Positions 8,285 to 18,473 are shown, numbered from the stretch's first letter. The stretch is 64,000 nucleotides of DNA from an uncultured delta proteobacterium (GCA_963760795.1 CAVXEP010000013.1:64001-128000), one strand, 5' to 3'. The notes: generated from the letters alone by a model not told the origin. Translations and numbers: made by a program.

Positions 8285-9433
8285 CTAGTCCCCCAACATC
8301 GAATCATCAACACCCTCCCTATCATCAGCCGGCAGACCGTTGCAGCTGGCCGGATCGAGATGGAGGTAAACAGTATCGCCAACGCTCACGGCGTTAAACG
8401 GATGGGTATGCACCGCCACTAAATCATCGCCGACAGCGACCTTGCACTGATAAGAATCGCCCATGAAGATCGCCTCTCTGATGATGCCATCAACGATGTT
8501 CTCCAATCCCTGCGGCTTATCCTTATACAGCGGGATATTTTCCGGGCGGATCGAGATCACCGCGGCTTGGTCCTTCTTCAGTCCGGGCGCGGGAATGAAA
8601 CTTAAAATACCCTTCTTGGTCTGCATCTTGCCCGGCCGGGAGTCGCCGTCGACTTCCAGCACCTTGCCATTGATCAGGTTGGTCAAGCCCAGAAACGTCG
8701 CGGTAAAGCGCCGTTTGGGCCGGGTATAGAGCTGGTGCGGCGCCCCCACTTCGATCAGCACGCCGCCATGCATGACGGCGATCTGGTCCGAGATCGCCAG
8801 CGCTTCGGCTTGATCGTGGGTGACGAAAATCGTCGTGATGTTGGTGCGGCGTTGCAGCGCTTTGATCTCGGAACGCATCTGCACACGCAGCTTGGCGTCC
8901 AGGTTACTTAAGGGCTCGTCCAGCAGCATGACCTTGGGCTCATTGATCAGTGCGCGGGCAAAGGCGACACGCTGTTGCTGACCGCCGGAGAGCTTCGGCG
9001 CGGGGCGGTCTTCCAAGCCGTCCAGGCCGACGATCTTCAAAACTTCACCCACCCGCTTTTTGATCTCATCCTTAGACTTACGTTGAATGGTCAACGGATA
9101 AGCGACATTTTCTGCCACGGTCATATGCGGCCAGATGGCGTATGACTGGAACACCATGCCGATGGGCCGCTTGTTGGTCGGCACGTAGACGCGCTCGCCG
9201 GAGGCGTACACGGTCTGGCCGCCGATGCTGATCTTACCGCCGTCCGGCCGCTCTAGACCTGCGACACAGCGCAAGGTCGTGGTCTTGCCGCAGCCGCTGG
9301 GGCCCAAGAAGGTGTAGAGCGATCCTTCCGGTACGTTGAGCGACACGCCTTTGAGGACATGCACCCGTTCTTTATCTTCGCCGAAGTACTTCTCCAGCGA
9401 TTCGATCTGCACCATGTCTCTTGCTTCAGCCAT
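8285..9433 (-). CDS. ABC transporter ATP-binding protein (FbpC/PotA type, TOBE domain)
   Basis: GPSGCGKTT, LSGGQQQR, LLDEPLSNLDAKLR. Confidence 0.93.
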   Translation of the reverse strand: MAEARDMVQIESLEKYFGEDKERVHVLKGVSLNVPEGSLYTFLGPSGCGKTTTLRCVAGLERPDGGKISIGGQTVYASGERVYVPTNKRPIGMVFQSYAIWPHMTVAENVAYPLTIQRKSKDEIKKRVGEVLKIVGLDGLEDRPAPKLSGGQQQRVAFARALINEPKVMLLDEPLSNLDAKLRVQMRSEIKALQRRTNITTIFVTHDQAEALAISDQIAVMHGGVLIEVGAPHQLYTRPKRRFTATFLGLTNLINGKVLEVDGDSRPGKMQTKKGILSFIPAPGLKKDQAAVISIRPENIPLYKDKPQGLENIVDGIIREAIFMGDSYQCKVAVGDDLVAVHTHPFNAVSVGDTVYLHLDPASCNGLPADDREGVDDSMLGD

Positions 9434-9500
9434 ATGATTATTCTCCCTTGGTTCCCGTAGCCGTAGGTGCCGGGAACTGTCAGTGCATTAAGTCGGCAAA

Positions 9501-11195
9501 TTATTCGGCGATACCCACCTTAGCGCCCAATTTCCGCGCCACCATGGCCATGGAAACCAGCAGTAAGACCATCAACACACCCAGCGCGCAGACGTAGGTA
9601 TACTGGCCGCCTTCCCATAAATCGAACGCCATGATCGACAACACCGTGCTGTTGTAGGAATAGAGCAAGATCGAGGTCGACAGCTCGCGCAGGGCGATGA
9701 TGCTGATGTAAATCCAGCCGGCGGTAAAGCCCGGCATCAGCAGCGGCAAAATGATTTTCCAAAAGGTTTGAAACCAAGTGCCACCGGCGGTAAAGGACGC
9801 CTCCTCGAGTTCCTTATTGATCTGGATCATCGAGGCGGATGCGGCGCGAATGCCATAAGGAATATACTTGGTCATGTAGGCCAGGAGCAAAACCCAAATC
9901 GTGCCATAGATTGGGATCGGTAAGGTAAGATAGACCCAGATCAGACTAACGCCAAGCACGATTCCGGGCATGGCGATTGGGATAAACGTCATGGTGTCGA
10001 GAAACGCCCGGCCCGGCAACTTAGTCTTGACGGTAATCCACGCGATCACCGAGGTGAGCAACATCACCAACGTGGCGGTTCCGACGGAGAGATAAAAGCT
10101 ATTTTTAAACGCCGTCGCCGCCAACGGATAATTGAGAATATAGTGATAATTGCCCCAGGTCATTTTCCCCGCCAGTTCCCAGGACGGCACGCCGTAATAG
10201 GGAATAAACGACGACCAGAGCAGGACAAAGATCGGCAGGATCACCGCCAGAAAGAAAACCAGAAACGAGATGCCGAGGGTGAGCCACTTCCAATGGCCGA
10301 GATCGATCACCCGCGGCCGGTAGCCTTTGCCGGTTACCGTCGCATAGCGCTCTTCCCTGCGGGTGATCTTGCCATAGATCAATACCCCGATGGTGCTGAT
10401 CGCCAACAAGGTCACCGCGTAGGCGCCGGCCAGGCCGAAATCCGAGGGAAACTGGTGGATCGCGAGAAAAATCTTGGTGGTAAAAACCGAAATCTTCGCC
10501 GGCACGCCGATCAAGGCCGGCACTTCGAAGGCCTCGATGCCGCGAATGAAGTTGATCAAGAGCACGCTCACCATCGCCGGCCGCATGAGCGGCAGTGTCA
10601 CCGTGCGAAAGGTTTGAAAGGTGCTCGATCCGGCGGTCAACGCCGCCTCCTCCAGCGACGTGTCCATATTGCGGAACGCGGCCGACATCAAGAGAAAAAC
10701 CAACGGGTAGAGATGAATCGACTCGGCCCAGATCATGCCCCACATCGAATAGACGTTGAACGGCGCCGCTTCCAGGCCCAACGCCTCCTTGACGACGATG
10801 TTGATCAGGCCGATCTTCGGACTCAAGAGCAGAATCCACGAAATCGTGCTCAAGATCCCAGGGATGATAAAAGGGATCAACGACATGACCATGAAGAGTT
10901 TTTTGAGTGGCGTGTTGGTGCGCTCGCTCACCCAAGCGAGAAAGGTACCGATCAAGAAGGTCAGCGTGCAGGTGCCCAGTGCGTAATAAACCGAGTTGAG
11001 CAGCAGTAGATAGAACTCTTTGTCGACATAAGCCTTGACGTAATTGGCGATGGTGAAATGAGCGCCAGGCTCGCCGATGGGAGCGCTTCTGATGCTGCCG
11101 TAGAGCAGCATCAGAAGCGGAATCCCGGCAAGATATAAGACGAAAAGAGTGCAGCCTACGAGGATGAGAGACTGGGAATTAAAACGATTCCCCAT
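9501..11195 (-). CDS. ABC transporter permease (FbpB type, two fused TM modules)
   Basis: Two EAA loops (LEEAALTAG, LEEASFTAG) and about 12 hydrophobic segments. Confidence 0.92.
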   Translation of the reverse strand: MGNRFNSQSLILVGCTLFVLYLAGIPLLMLLYGSIRSAPIGEPGAHFTIANYVKAYVDKEFYLLLLNSVYYALGTCTLTFLIGTFLAWVSERTNTPLKKLFMVMSLIPFIIPGILSTISWILLLSPKIGLINIVVKEALGLEAAPFNVYSMWGMIWAESIHLYPLVFLLMSAAFRNMDTSLEEAALTAGSSTFQTFRTVTLPLMRPAMVSVLLINFIRGIEAFEVPALIGVPAKISVFTTKIFLAIHQFPSDFGLAGAYAVTLLAISTIGVLIYGKITRREERYATVTGKGYRPRVIDLGHWKWLTLGISFLVFFLAVILPIFVLLWSSFIPYYGVPSWELAGKMTWGNYHYILNYPLAATAFKNSFYLSVGTATLVMLLTSVIAWITVKTKLPGRAFLDTMTFIPIAMPGIVLGVSLIWVYLTLPIPIYGTIWVLLLAYMTKYIPYGIRAASASMIQINKELEEASFTAGGTWFQTFWKIILPLLMPGFTAGWIYISIIALRELSTSILLYSYNSTVLSIMAFDLWEGGQYTYVCALGVLMVLLLVSMAMVARKLGAKVGIAE

Positions 11196-11230
11196 ATGGA
11201 AGCCGATCTAGAACTCGAGACCATTAGTCA

Positions 11231-12046
11231 TTAATTATTGATGTTTGTAACGACCTGATCGGCGAGCATGGTCTTTTTGACTTCTTCTTCGATCAAAGTC
11301 CACAGCTCGTCTTCATACTTGAGGAACTGCGGATCGCGCTTGATCGACAAATCGCGCGGCCGCGGTAGGTTGACGGGAATCATTTTCTTGACCCGCCCAG
11401 GGCGCGAGCCGAAAACGATCACCCGATCCGCCAGAAAGATCGCCTCACTGATCTGATGGGTAATGAAGAGCACGGTCTTGCCGGACTCTTTCCAAATGCG
11501 CAAGAGCTCGGCCTGCATGATTTCGCGGGTCTGCGCGTCCAGGGCGGCGAAGGGCTCGTCCATGATGAGGATCTTCGGGTCGACTGTGAGCGCCCGCGCG
11601 AGATTGCAGCGTTGCTGCATACCGCCGGACAATTCATGGGGATAGTGTTCCTCAAATCCCTGCAACCCGACCAGCTTGATAAAACCCATGGCGCGCTCGA
11701 TCCCCTCCGCGTTATCCAGGCCCTGGCACTCAAGGCCGAAAATGACGTTCTTCAACACCGTACGCCACGGCATCAAGCAAGAGTCTTGGAACACCATGCC
11801 GCGGTCGATGCCGGGGCCAGTCACCGTTTTGCCATCGATCGAAATATGCCCCGCCGTCGGTTTGAGCAGACCATCGCACAGATTGATGAAGGTGGTTTTA
11901 CCGCAACCGCTGGGTCCGACGATGGTAACGAATTCGCCTTCGTTCACTTCGAGGTTGATCTGGTCCAAGGCCAAGAGCCTGCCACCAGTTCTCGGCTGAT
12001 AATACTCATGCCGTAATCCGACTGCCTGTAGTTTTGTCTGTGCCAC
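11231..12046 (-). CDS. ABC transporter ATP-binding protein (TauB/SsuB/NrtD type)
   Basis: GPSGCGKTT, YPHELSGGMQQR, MDEPFAALDAQTR, SRPGRV. Confidence 0.92.
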   Translation of the reverse strand: MAQTKLQAVGLRHEYYQPRTGGRLLALDQINLEVNEGEFVTIVGPSGCGKTTFINLCDGLLKPTAGHISIDGKTVTGPGIDRGMVFQDSCLMPWRTVLKNVIFGLECQGLDNAEGIERAMGFIKLVGLQGFEEHYPHELSGGMQQRCNLARALTVDPKILIMDEPFAALDAQTREIMQAELLRIWKESGKTVLFITHQISEAIFLADRVIVFGSRPGRVKKMIPVNLPRPRDLSIKRDPQFLKYEDELWTLIEEEVKKTMLADQVVTNINN

Positions 12047-12179
12047 AATGCCTCCTAAAATATATTGACGTTTTGCCGCAGTTTTACTGGTTGTAAGTCA
12101 ACCGCAAGCGGGTGGGCCCCTTGGGTCGCATGACTCATTATCATTTTCCACCGTTAATTCAAGCAAAAAGTTCGCTTCG

Positions 12180-12238
12180 TTGACAACCCAAACCGGATCG
12201 GATAATTTTCGCACCGTTGCATAAACTATTTTATGCAA
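12180..12238 (+). promoter_or_regulatory. Promoter and palindromic operator upstream of gntR
   Basis: TTGACA(12180)-N17-TAATTT, then perfect inverted repeat TTGCATAAA-CTAT-TTTATGCAA (12217-12238) 10 nt before the ATG. Confidence 0.7.
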
Positions 12239-12248
12239 AATCGCGCCG

Positions 12249-12971
12249 ATGACATTCCCGCTCAAAAAATCTAAAACCAAAACGACGCTCGCTGTCGAAA
12301 ACCTCTCAGCCCGCGTTTACCACCAAGTCAAACAGTTAATCCTGTGCAACGAAATCATGCCGGGACAAAAATTGCATCATCAACAGCTCAGTGAACGTCT
12401 CGGCGTCAGTCGCACTCCGGTGCGCGAAGCATTGACCCGACTCGGGCAGGAAGGATACGTGTCCTTTCTGCCGAATCGGGGTTTTACCTGCAAAGAAATT
12501 AGATTACAAGAGGCCGAAGAACTCTACGAGCTGCGCGAATCTCTCGAGGCTTTCGCCGTCGAAAAAGCCGTCGAGAAACTGACCGACCAAGCCCTCGCGG
12601 AGTTGCGCCAGCGGTTGGATATCTACGGCGACGACGTGCAAAACCGTTTCACCCGGGAACGGCTGGTATACGACCAGGACGTCCATCTCCATATTGCCCA
12701 AATCGCCGGCAACGAGACCCTGAAAAATACCTTGAGCTATGTTTTCGAGCGCATCGTGCTCAAACGCCGCACCGACGGCATTTATGACCCGGCGCGCGGA
12801 CTCATGGCCCATCAAGAACATACCGAGCTATTCGCAGCGATGGCCCGGCGCGACGCCCGCGCCGCCGTCGCCATCATGCGCAAGCATATCCAAGCCGGCA
12901 AAAAAAATGTCATTGCCGACCTGCGGCAGCGCCAAGCGATCCGCGAGCTGCGACCCGCGGAATTGATCTAG
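12249..12971 (+). CDS. GntR-family transcriptional regulator (FCD domain)
   Basis: LSERLGVSRTPVREAL HTH; ELYELRESLE, LHIAQIAGN, EHTELF...MRKHI FCD features. Confidence 0.93.
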   Translation: MTFPLKKSKTKTTLAVENLSARVYHQVKQLILCNEIMPGQKLHHQQLSERLGVSRTPVREALTRLGQEGYVSFLPNRGFTCKEIRLQEAEELYELRESLEAFAVEKAVEKLTDQALAELRQRLDIYGDDVQNRFTRERLVYDQDVHLHIAQIAGNETLKNTLSYVFERIVLKRRTDGIYDPARGLMAHQEHTELFAAMARRDARAAVAIMRKHIQAGKKNVIADLRQRQAIRELRPAELI

Positions 12972-13003
12972 GACCGGAAAACCAACAGAAGAAAGGGAGA
13001 ATT

Positions 13004-14374
13004 ATGGCAGCAGATCTAGTTATCAAAGGCGGTTGGGTGGTGACACCCGACGCAACATTTAAAGGCGGCGTGGCGATCAGCAACCAAGTGATCGTCGCCA
13101 TCGGCGACGATGCTTCACTGCCCGAAGGCAAGGAGGTCATCGACGTCAAAGGCAAACATATCTTGCCGGGCTTATTCGACGGCCACGTCCATTTCCGCGA
13201 ACCGGGCATGACTCACAAAGAGGATTTCAACACCGGCTCCACCGCGGCGGTCTGCGGCGGCATCACTACCGTCGTCGATATGCCGAACACCGTGCCGCCT
13301 ACGGCCGACGCCGAGCAGGTCAAAGTTAAGAAGGAACTGGGCGAAGCCAAATCCCTGGTCGACTTTGGCATCACCGGCGTCGTCGTCCAGACCAACACCA
13401 AAGACATTCTACCCATGGCCGCCGCCGGCGTCATCGGTTACAAGATCTTCTTTGGCGAGACCATCGGTAATCTGCCCTTCCCCGATGACGGCATGTGCGT
13501 CGAAGCGTTCGATTACATCGCCCAGTCTAAGCTACCCTTGGGCATCCACGCCGAGAACCGTCAAATCATGGCTTACAACACCAATAAGCTGAAGACCGAA
13601 GGCAAGAACGAAGCGCGCTACTGGGAAGCCTCCCGGCCGGATATCTGCGAAGCGGAATCCGTGCATCACGCGATCTTCTTCGCCGAGACCTTTGGCACCA
13701 AGCTGCATGTATTTCACATGAGCTCGAAGCAAGCCGCTTACATGGTGCGCGACGCCAAGGCGCGCGGCATGAGAATCACCGCGGAGACGGGCCCGCATTA
13801 CTTGCTGCGCGAGCCCAACGACATGGATAAAGTCGGTTCGTTGTTGAAGATGAATCCGCCGGTCCGGACTAAAGATCACGCCGAGGTGCTCTGGCAGGGA
13901 CTGCGCGAAGGCTTCGTCGACACGCTGGCAACCGACCACTCGCCGCATACTTTGGATGAAAAGGGCTCGGACATCTACGGCAAGCTCACCAAGCCGGCGA
14001 TCTGGGACTGCATCTCGGGCTTCTGCGGCGTCGAGACCGGTGTGCCGCTGATCTTGACCGAAGTAAACAAAGGCCGCTTGACCTTGAACCAATACGTCAA
14101 AGTGGCCTCTGAGAACCCCGCCAAAGTTTGGCAGGTCTATCCTAAGAAAGGCGCCATCCGCTTGGGCTCCGACGGCGACATCACCGTCGTCGACATGGAT
14201 AAAGAAGGCACCATCGACGTCAACAAGCTGCACAGCAAGAACAAGCCCTCGCCTTGGCATGGCTGGAAAGTCAAAGGCATGCCGGTGCTCACGGTCGTGC
14301 GCGGTCACGTGCAAATGCGAGACGGCGAGCCCTGCGGCAAAGCGATCGGCAAAGCACTCAAGCCGATCATCTAA
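13004..14374 (+). CDS. Cyclic amidohydrolase (allantoinase / dihydropyrimidinase / dihydroorotase family)
   Basis: DGHVHFREPG, GYKIF, HAE, FHMS, KMNPPVR, TDHSPH binuclear metal motifs. Confidence 0.88.
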   Translation: MAADLVIKGGWVVTPDATFKGGVAISNQVIVAIGDDASLPEGKEVIDVKGKHILPGLFDGHVHFREPGMTHKEDFNTGSTAAVCGGITTVVDMPNTVPPTADAEQVKVKKELGEAKSLVDFGITGVVVQTNTKDILPMAAAGVIGYKIFFGETIGNLPFPDDGMCVEAFDYIAQSKLPLGIHAENRQIMAYNTNKLKTEGKNEARYWEASRPDICEAESVHHAIFFAETFGTKLHVFHMSSKQAAYMVRDAKARGMRITAETGPHYLLREPNDMDKVGSLLKMNPPVRTKDHAEVLWQGLREGFVDTLATDHSPHTLDEKGSDIYGKLTKPAIWDCISGFCGVETGVPLILTEVNKGRLTLNQYVKVASENPAKVWQVYPKKGAIRLGSDGDITVVDMDKEGTIDVNKLHSKNKPSPWHGWKVKGMPVLTVVRGHVQMRDGEPCGKAIGKALKPII

Positions 14375-14388
14375 AGACGGGGAAAAAA

Positions 14389-14475
14389 TGGAGTGATGGA
14401 GATGAGTGGAATGTTGGAGTGATGGGTTCGGGCTCTCCGACCCAATACCCCATTACTCCAACACTCCATCACTCC
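14389..14475. repeat. Octamer tandem/inverted repeat element, copy 2
   Basis: TGGAGTGATGGAGATGAGTGGAATGTTGGAGTGATGGG ... CCCAATACCCCATTACTCCAACACTCCATCACTCC. Confidence 0.8.
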
Positions 14476-14551
14476 CGATCCGCACTGGCGCATTGCACGA
14501 AGCCTATGCCCCCTGAAATTATAGTTAGTTCCAGCCAGGAAGAGTAGTTTC

Positions 14552-15473
14552 ATGAAACGCACCGAAGCATTCGATTTCTACCAGCCGGCGACGCTCCAAG
14601 AAGCGAGCCGGCTGCTCAAGGCACAATGGCCCCGGTGGACGCTTTCTCGCCGGCGGCACCGACCTGGTCATCGCCATGAAAGAGAAAGGGCTGGTGCCTA
14701 AGTACATCGTCGACTTAAAGCGCGTGCCCGGCCTCGCCGGCATCCGCGAAAATGGCGACGGCAGTATCACCCTGGGCGCGTTGACGACCCTGTATGCCAT
14801 CGAGACCTCGGCACTGATCAAGAAGAAATTTCCGTTTCTAGCGCAAAGCGCTGCGGAAGTCGGCTCGATCCAGATTCGCAACCGCGCCACCATCGGCGGC
14901 AATATGGCCAACGCCTCGCCGTCTGCCGATACTTCGCCGGCGCTCATGGCGCTCGGCGCCACCGCGACCATCGCCAATGGCGCAGGCGCAAGAACAGTTG
15001 CCGTAGAAGATTTTTTCACAGGTCCGGGCCAGAGTGTGATGAACGCCGATGACGTCCTCAGTGAAATTACCATTCCAAAAACCGCCGCCAATCTGGTCGG
15101 CGAGTATATAAAATTTTCCCCGCGGGAAATGATGGACCTGGCTTACGTCGGCGTCGCCGTGGCGTACAATCTCGGCGCCCAAAATGCCAATGACAAAATA
15201 TGCTCGGGCGTGCGCATCGTCTTGGGCGCCGTGGCACCGACACCGATCCGCGCCAAACGCGCCGAAGCGGCGCTCGAAGGCCAAGTTCTCAGCGAAGCCC
15301 TGGCGGAGAAAGCCGGCCAGATCGCCGCCGAAGAGGCCAAACCGATTAGCGACGTGCGCTCATCGGCCGACTATCGCCGCGCCATGGTTGGCACCATGAC
15401 CAAACGCGCCCTGCTCAACGCCGCCACCGGCCCAGCGCAATCCTGGTACGACCGGCGCGATCGAAGATATTAG
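14552..15473 (+). CDS. Xanthine dehydrogenase-family FAD-binding subunit (CoxM/XdhB-like); frameshift near 14620
   Basis: MKRTEAFDFYQPATLQEA in one frame joins FLAGGTDLVIAMK...QIRNRATIGGN...PISDVRSSADYR in another. Confidence 0.88.
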
Positions 15474-15478
15474 CATCA

Positions 15479-15565
15479 TGGAGTGATGGAGTAATGGAAT
15501 GTTGGAGTGATGGGTTTTCTGATTCCGAGCCCAACACTCCAATACTCCACCCCTCCAACACTCCA
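15479..15565. repeat. Octamer tandem/inverted repeat element, copy 3
   Basis: TGGAGTGATGGAGTAATGGAATGTTGGAGTGATGGG ... CCCAACACTCCAATACTCCACCCCTCCAACACTCCA. Confidence 0.85.
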
Positions 15566-15585
15566 GTTGTAAATTGGAGTTACCG

Positions 15586-16065
15586 ATGAACACAAAAATC
15601 CAATTCACCCTCAACGGTAAGCCGGTCAGCCGCGAGGTCCAGACCCATCGACTCCTGCTTGACCTGCTGCGCGACGAGATCGGCGCCACCGGCACCAAGG
15701 AAGGCTGCGGCACCGGCGACTGCGGCGCCTGCACGGTGATGATGAACGGCAAGCCGGTGAACTCCTGTCTGATTCTTTCCGGCGAATTGGACGGCGCCGA
15801 TATCATCACCATCGAAGGCTTGAAAATCGGCCCCGAGCTTCATCCGGTGCAACAGGCATTCGTTCAAGATGGCGGCGCCCAATGCGGCTACTGCACGCCG
15901 GGCATGTTGATGATGTCCAAAGCTTTACTCGACGACAATCCCAATCCGACCGAGGAAGAAATTCGCTACGCCCTCTCCGGCAACCTCTGCCGCTGCACCG
16001 GTTACGCGAAGATCGTCCAGGCGGTACAAGATGCCGCCGTCATGCTGCGCGCGAAAAACCCGTAA
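15586..16065 (+). CDS. Xanthine dehydrogenase-family (2Fe-2S) subunit (CoxS-like)
   Basis: GTKEGCGTGDCGAC, QCGYCTPG, GNLCRCTGY; GGAG RBS before ATG 15586. Confidence 0.93.
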   Translation: MNTKIQFTLNGKPVSREVQTHRLLLDLLRDEIGATGTKEGCGTGDCGACTVMMNGKPVNSCLILSGELDGADIITIEGLKIGPELHPVQQAFVQDGGAQCGYCTPGMLMMSKALLDDNPNPTEEEIRYALSGNLCRCTGYAKIVQAVQDAAVMLRAKNP

Positions 16066-16116
16066 GTCGCAGCATAGCTTTGACCTTGAACCCTTGAACT
16101 AATTTTGGAGCGAACC

Positions 16117-18429
16117 ATGGCAGAACTCACAGTTGTCGGCAAACCGGTCACGCGCGTCGATGCCAATGAAAAAGTTACCGGACAAATAGTCTATGGATAC
16201 GATCTCGCCCTGCCGAACATGCTTTACGGCAAGACGCTGTTTAGCCCCAAGGCCCACGCGAAAATCATCAGCATCCATACCGACAAAGCCAAAGCGCTGC
16301 CCGGCGTCGTTGCCGTCGTCACTGGCGCAGATGCGCCTTGGACCCACGGCGAGGCCGTCAAAGACAAGCCGTTCTTGGCGCAGGGCAAAGTGCGCTATAT
16401 CGGCGAGCCGGTGGCGGCGGTGGCCGCCGAGGACGAAGATATCGCCCAAGCGGCGGTGAAGCTCATCGAAGTCGAATATGAAGATCTGCCGGTTTACACC
16501 GATCCCGAAGCGGCCTGTAAACCGGGTTGCATGGAGATCCACGAAGAATACGACAGCTATCGCAAGGCCAACTTTATGGTTCGCGGCAGCGCGCCCAATG
16601 TCGCCGAGCATTTCAAACTGCGCACCGGCGATGTCGCCAAAGGTTTTGCCGAATCGGACCTGGTGCTCGAAGAAAAATATTTCGTGCCGATGATCCAGCA
16701 TGCCGCCATGGAGCCCCATTCGGCGCATGCGCAGTGGGATAAGCAGTCCGGTCGTCTGACCATTTGGGTCGCCAACGATGCGCCGTTCCGCGCCCTGCAC
16801 GAGATCTCCGAAGCTCTCGACATGGCCAAGGAAAAAATCCGCTTCATCAATCCGGCCCAAGGCGGCGGTTTCGGCTCCAAGGGCGGTCTCAAATGCGAAC
16901 CCATCGCGGTGGCGTTGGCATTCCATACCAACGGCCGGCCGGTGCGGGTGAAGTTCAACCGCGAGGAGACTTTTATCTCGACGCTGACACGTCACGAAGC
17001 AGTGGTCTATTCCAAGACCGGCGTAAAGAAAGACGGCACCATGATGGCTCGCGAAATGACGATCTACTGGGGCGCCGGCGCCTACGCCGAGAAAAGCCCG
17101 ACGGTGTGCATCCGCGGCAGCTTGCCCGCGCCGGGACCCTATAGAATTCCCCATGTCAAAGTCGACGGCTACGCGGTTTATACCAATAAGCCGGTGGCCG
17201 GCTCCTATCGCGGTTACGGCATCCCCCAGGGCGCCTGGGCCGGCGAACAGCAGATGGACGAGCTGGCGAAAAAACTCGGCATGGACCCAATCGACATTCG
17301 CATGAAGAATATCTTCGTCGAAGGCGATACCTCGTACTGGGGTGAGAAACTCCACGCCGTCGGCTTGAAAGAAACCCTGGTCAAAGCCACCGAGGCGATC
17401 GATTACGGCAAGCCGTCGACCGTCAATAAGCCTGGCCTGAAAATCGGCAAGGGCTTCGCCTGCATTCAAAAACCGACCCGCTCGCCGACCACTTCCAACG
17501 CCGGCGTCACCGTCAATGCCCAAGGCGAAGTCACCGTGTTCGCCGGAACGGTGGAAATTGGCCAAGGGTGTAATACGATCTTGTCGCAAGTGGCCGCCGA
17601 AGAGTTAAAAGTCCCCATGGATAAAGTGCTCATGCACCAGCTCGACACCGACGTCATCCCCTACGACGCCTCGACGACCTCGAGCCGGAGCACCTATCAT
17701 ATGGGCAACGCCGTGCGCAGCGCCTCGATTCACGCCCGCGAACAGATCATGGAAGCGGCGGCGCCAATGCTCGAAGTCGGCGTCCAAGAGCTCGTCCTCG
17801 GTGACGGTAAAGTTTTCGCCAAAGACCAACCGCAACAATCACTGTCCATCGGCGAAGTCGTCAAGCGCAAGCTCGGCATCAACGGCATCGTCCGCGGCGA
17901 CGCGTCGTACACCTATGAAATCGGCAAAGACCTGGATTTGGAGACTGGCCACAGCGATCATGCGTCGGCATTTTATATGTATGCCACCCAGGCCGCCGAA
18001 GTCAGCGTCGACGAAGAGAGCGGCCGCGTCCGGGTGCTCAGAATGTCGGCCGCCCATGATGTCGGCAAGGCGATCAATCCGCTCAACTGCGTCGCGCAAA
18101 TCGAAGGCGGCGTGGTCATGGGCATCGGCTCGGCGATCCATGAAGAGATGATCATCGACGCCACCGGCAAAGTGCGCAATCCGTCGTTCCTCGATTACCA
18201 TCTGGTCACCTCCCTCGATTGTCCGGAGATGATTCCGATCATTGTCGAATGCCACGAGCCCGAAGGTCCCTACGGCGCCAAAGGTTTGGGCGAACCGGGT
18301 CTGGCGCCGACCCCCGCCGCCATCGGCAATGCCGTCGCCGACGCCACCGGCGTGCGCATCTACGATCTGCCGCTCAAGCCGGAAAACGTTTTCTGGGCGC
18401 TGCAGAAGAATAAAAAAAGCGCCGCATAA
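16117..18429 (+). CDS. Xanthine dehydrogenase-family molybdopterin-binding subunit
   Basis: HAAMEPH, GGGFGSK, SYRGYG, EIGQG, QIEGG, GAKGLGEP (catalytic Glu); substrate unknown. Confidence 0.92.
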   Translation: MAELTVVGKPVTRVDANEKVTGQIVYGYDLALPNMLYGKTLFSPKAHAKIISIHTDKAKALPGVVAVVTGADAPWTHGEAVKDKPFLAQGKVRYIGEPVAAVAAEDEDIAQAAVKLIEVEYEDLPVYTDPEAACKPGCMEIHEEYDSYRKANFMVRGSAPNVAEHFKLRTGDVAKGFAESDLVLEEKYFVPMIQHAAMEPHSAHAQWDKQSGRLTIWVANDAPFRALHEISEALDMAKEKIRFINPAQGGGFGSKGGLKCEPIAVALAFHTNGRPVRVKFNREETFISTLTRHEAVVYSKTGVKKDGTMMAREMTIYWGAGAYAEKSPTVCIRGSLPAPGPYRIPHVKVDGYAVYTNKPVAGSYRGYGIPQGAWAGEQQMDELAKKLGMDPIDIRMKNIFVEGDTSYWGEKLHAVGLKETLVKATEAIDYGKPSTVNKPGLKIGKGFACIQKPTRSPTTSNAGVTVNAQGEVTVFAGTVEIGQGCNTILSQVAAEELKVPMDKVLMHQLDTDVIPYDASTTSSRSTYHMGNAVRSASIHAREQIMEAAAPMLEVGVQELVLGDGKVFAKDQPQQSLSIGEVVKRKLGINGIVRGDASYTYEIGKDLDLETGHSDHASAFYMYATQAAEVSVDEESGRVRVLRMSAAHDVGKAINPLNCVAQIEGGVVMGIGSAIHEEMIIDATGKVRNPSFLDYHLVTSLDCPEMIPIIVECHEPEGPYGAKGLGEPGLAPTPAAIGNAVADATGVRIYDLPLKPENVFWALQKNKKSAA

Positions 18430-18473
18430 CCCTTTTATCTCGAATTTCCCACGACTTTCGTTTAACATTTGCG

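Noticed and set aside
14552-18429. Aerobic CO dehydrogenase (coxMSL order)
   Set aside because: The large subunit has SYRGYG rather than AYRCSFR (form I) or AYRGAGR (form II), and no cox accessory genes are present.
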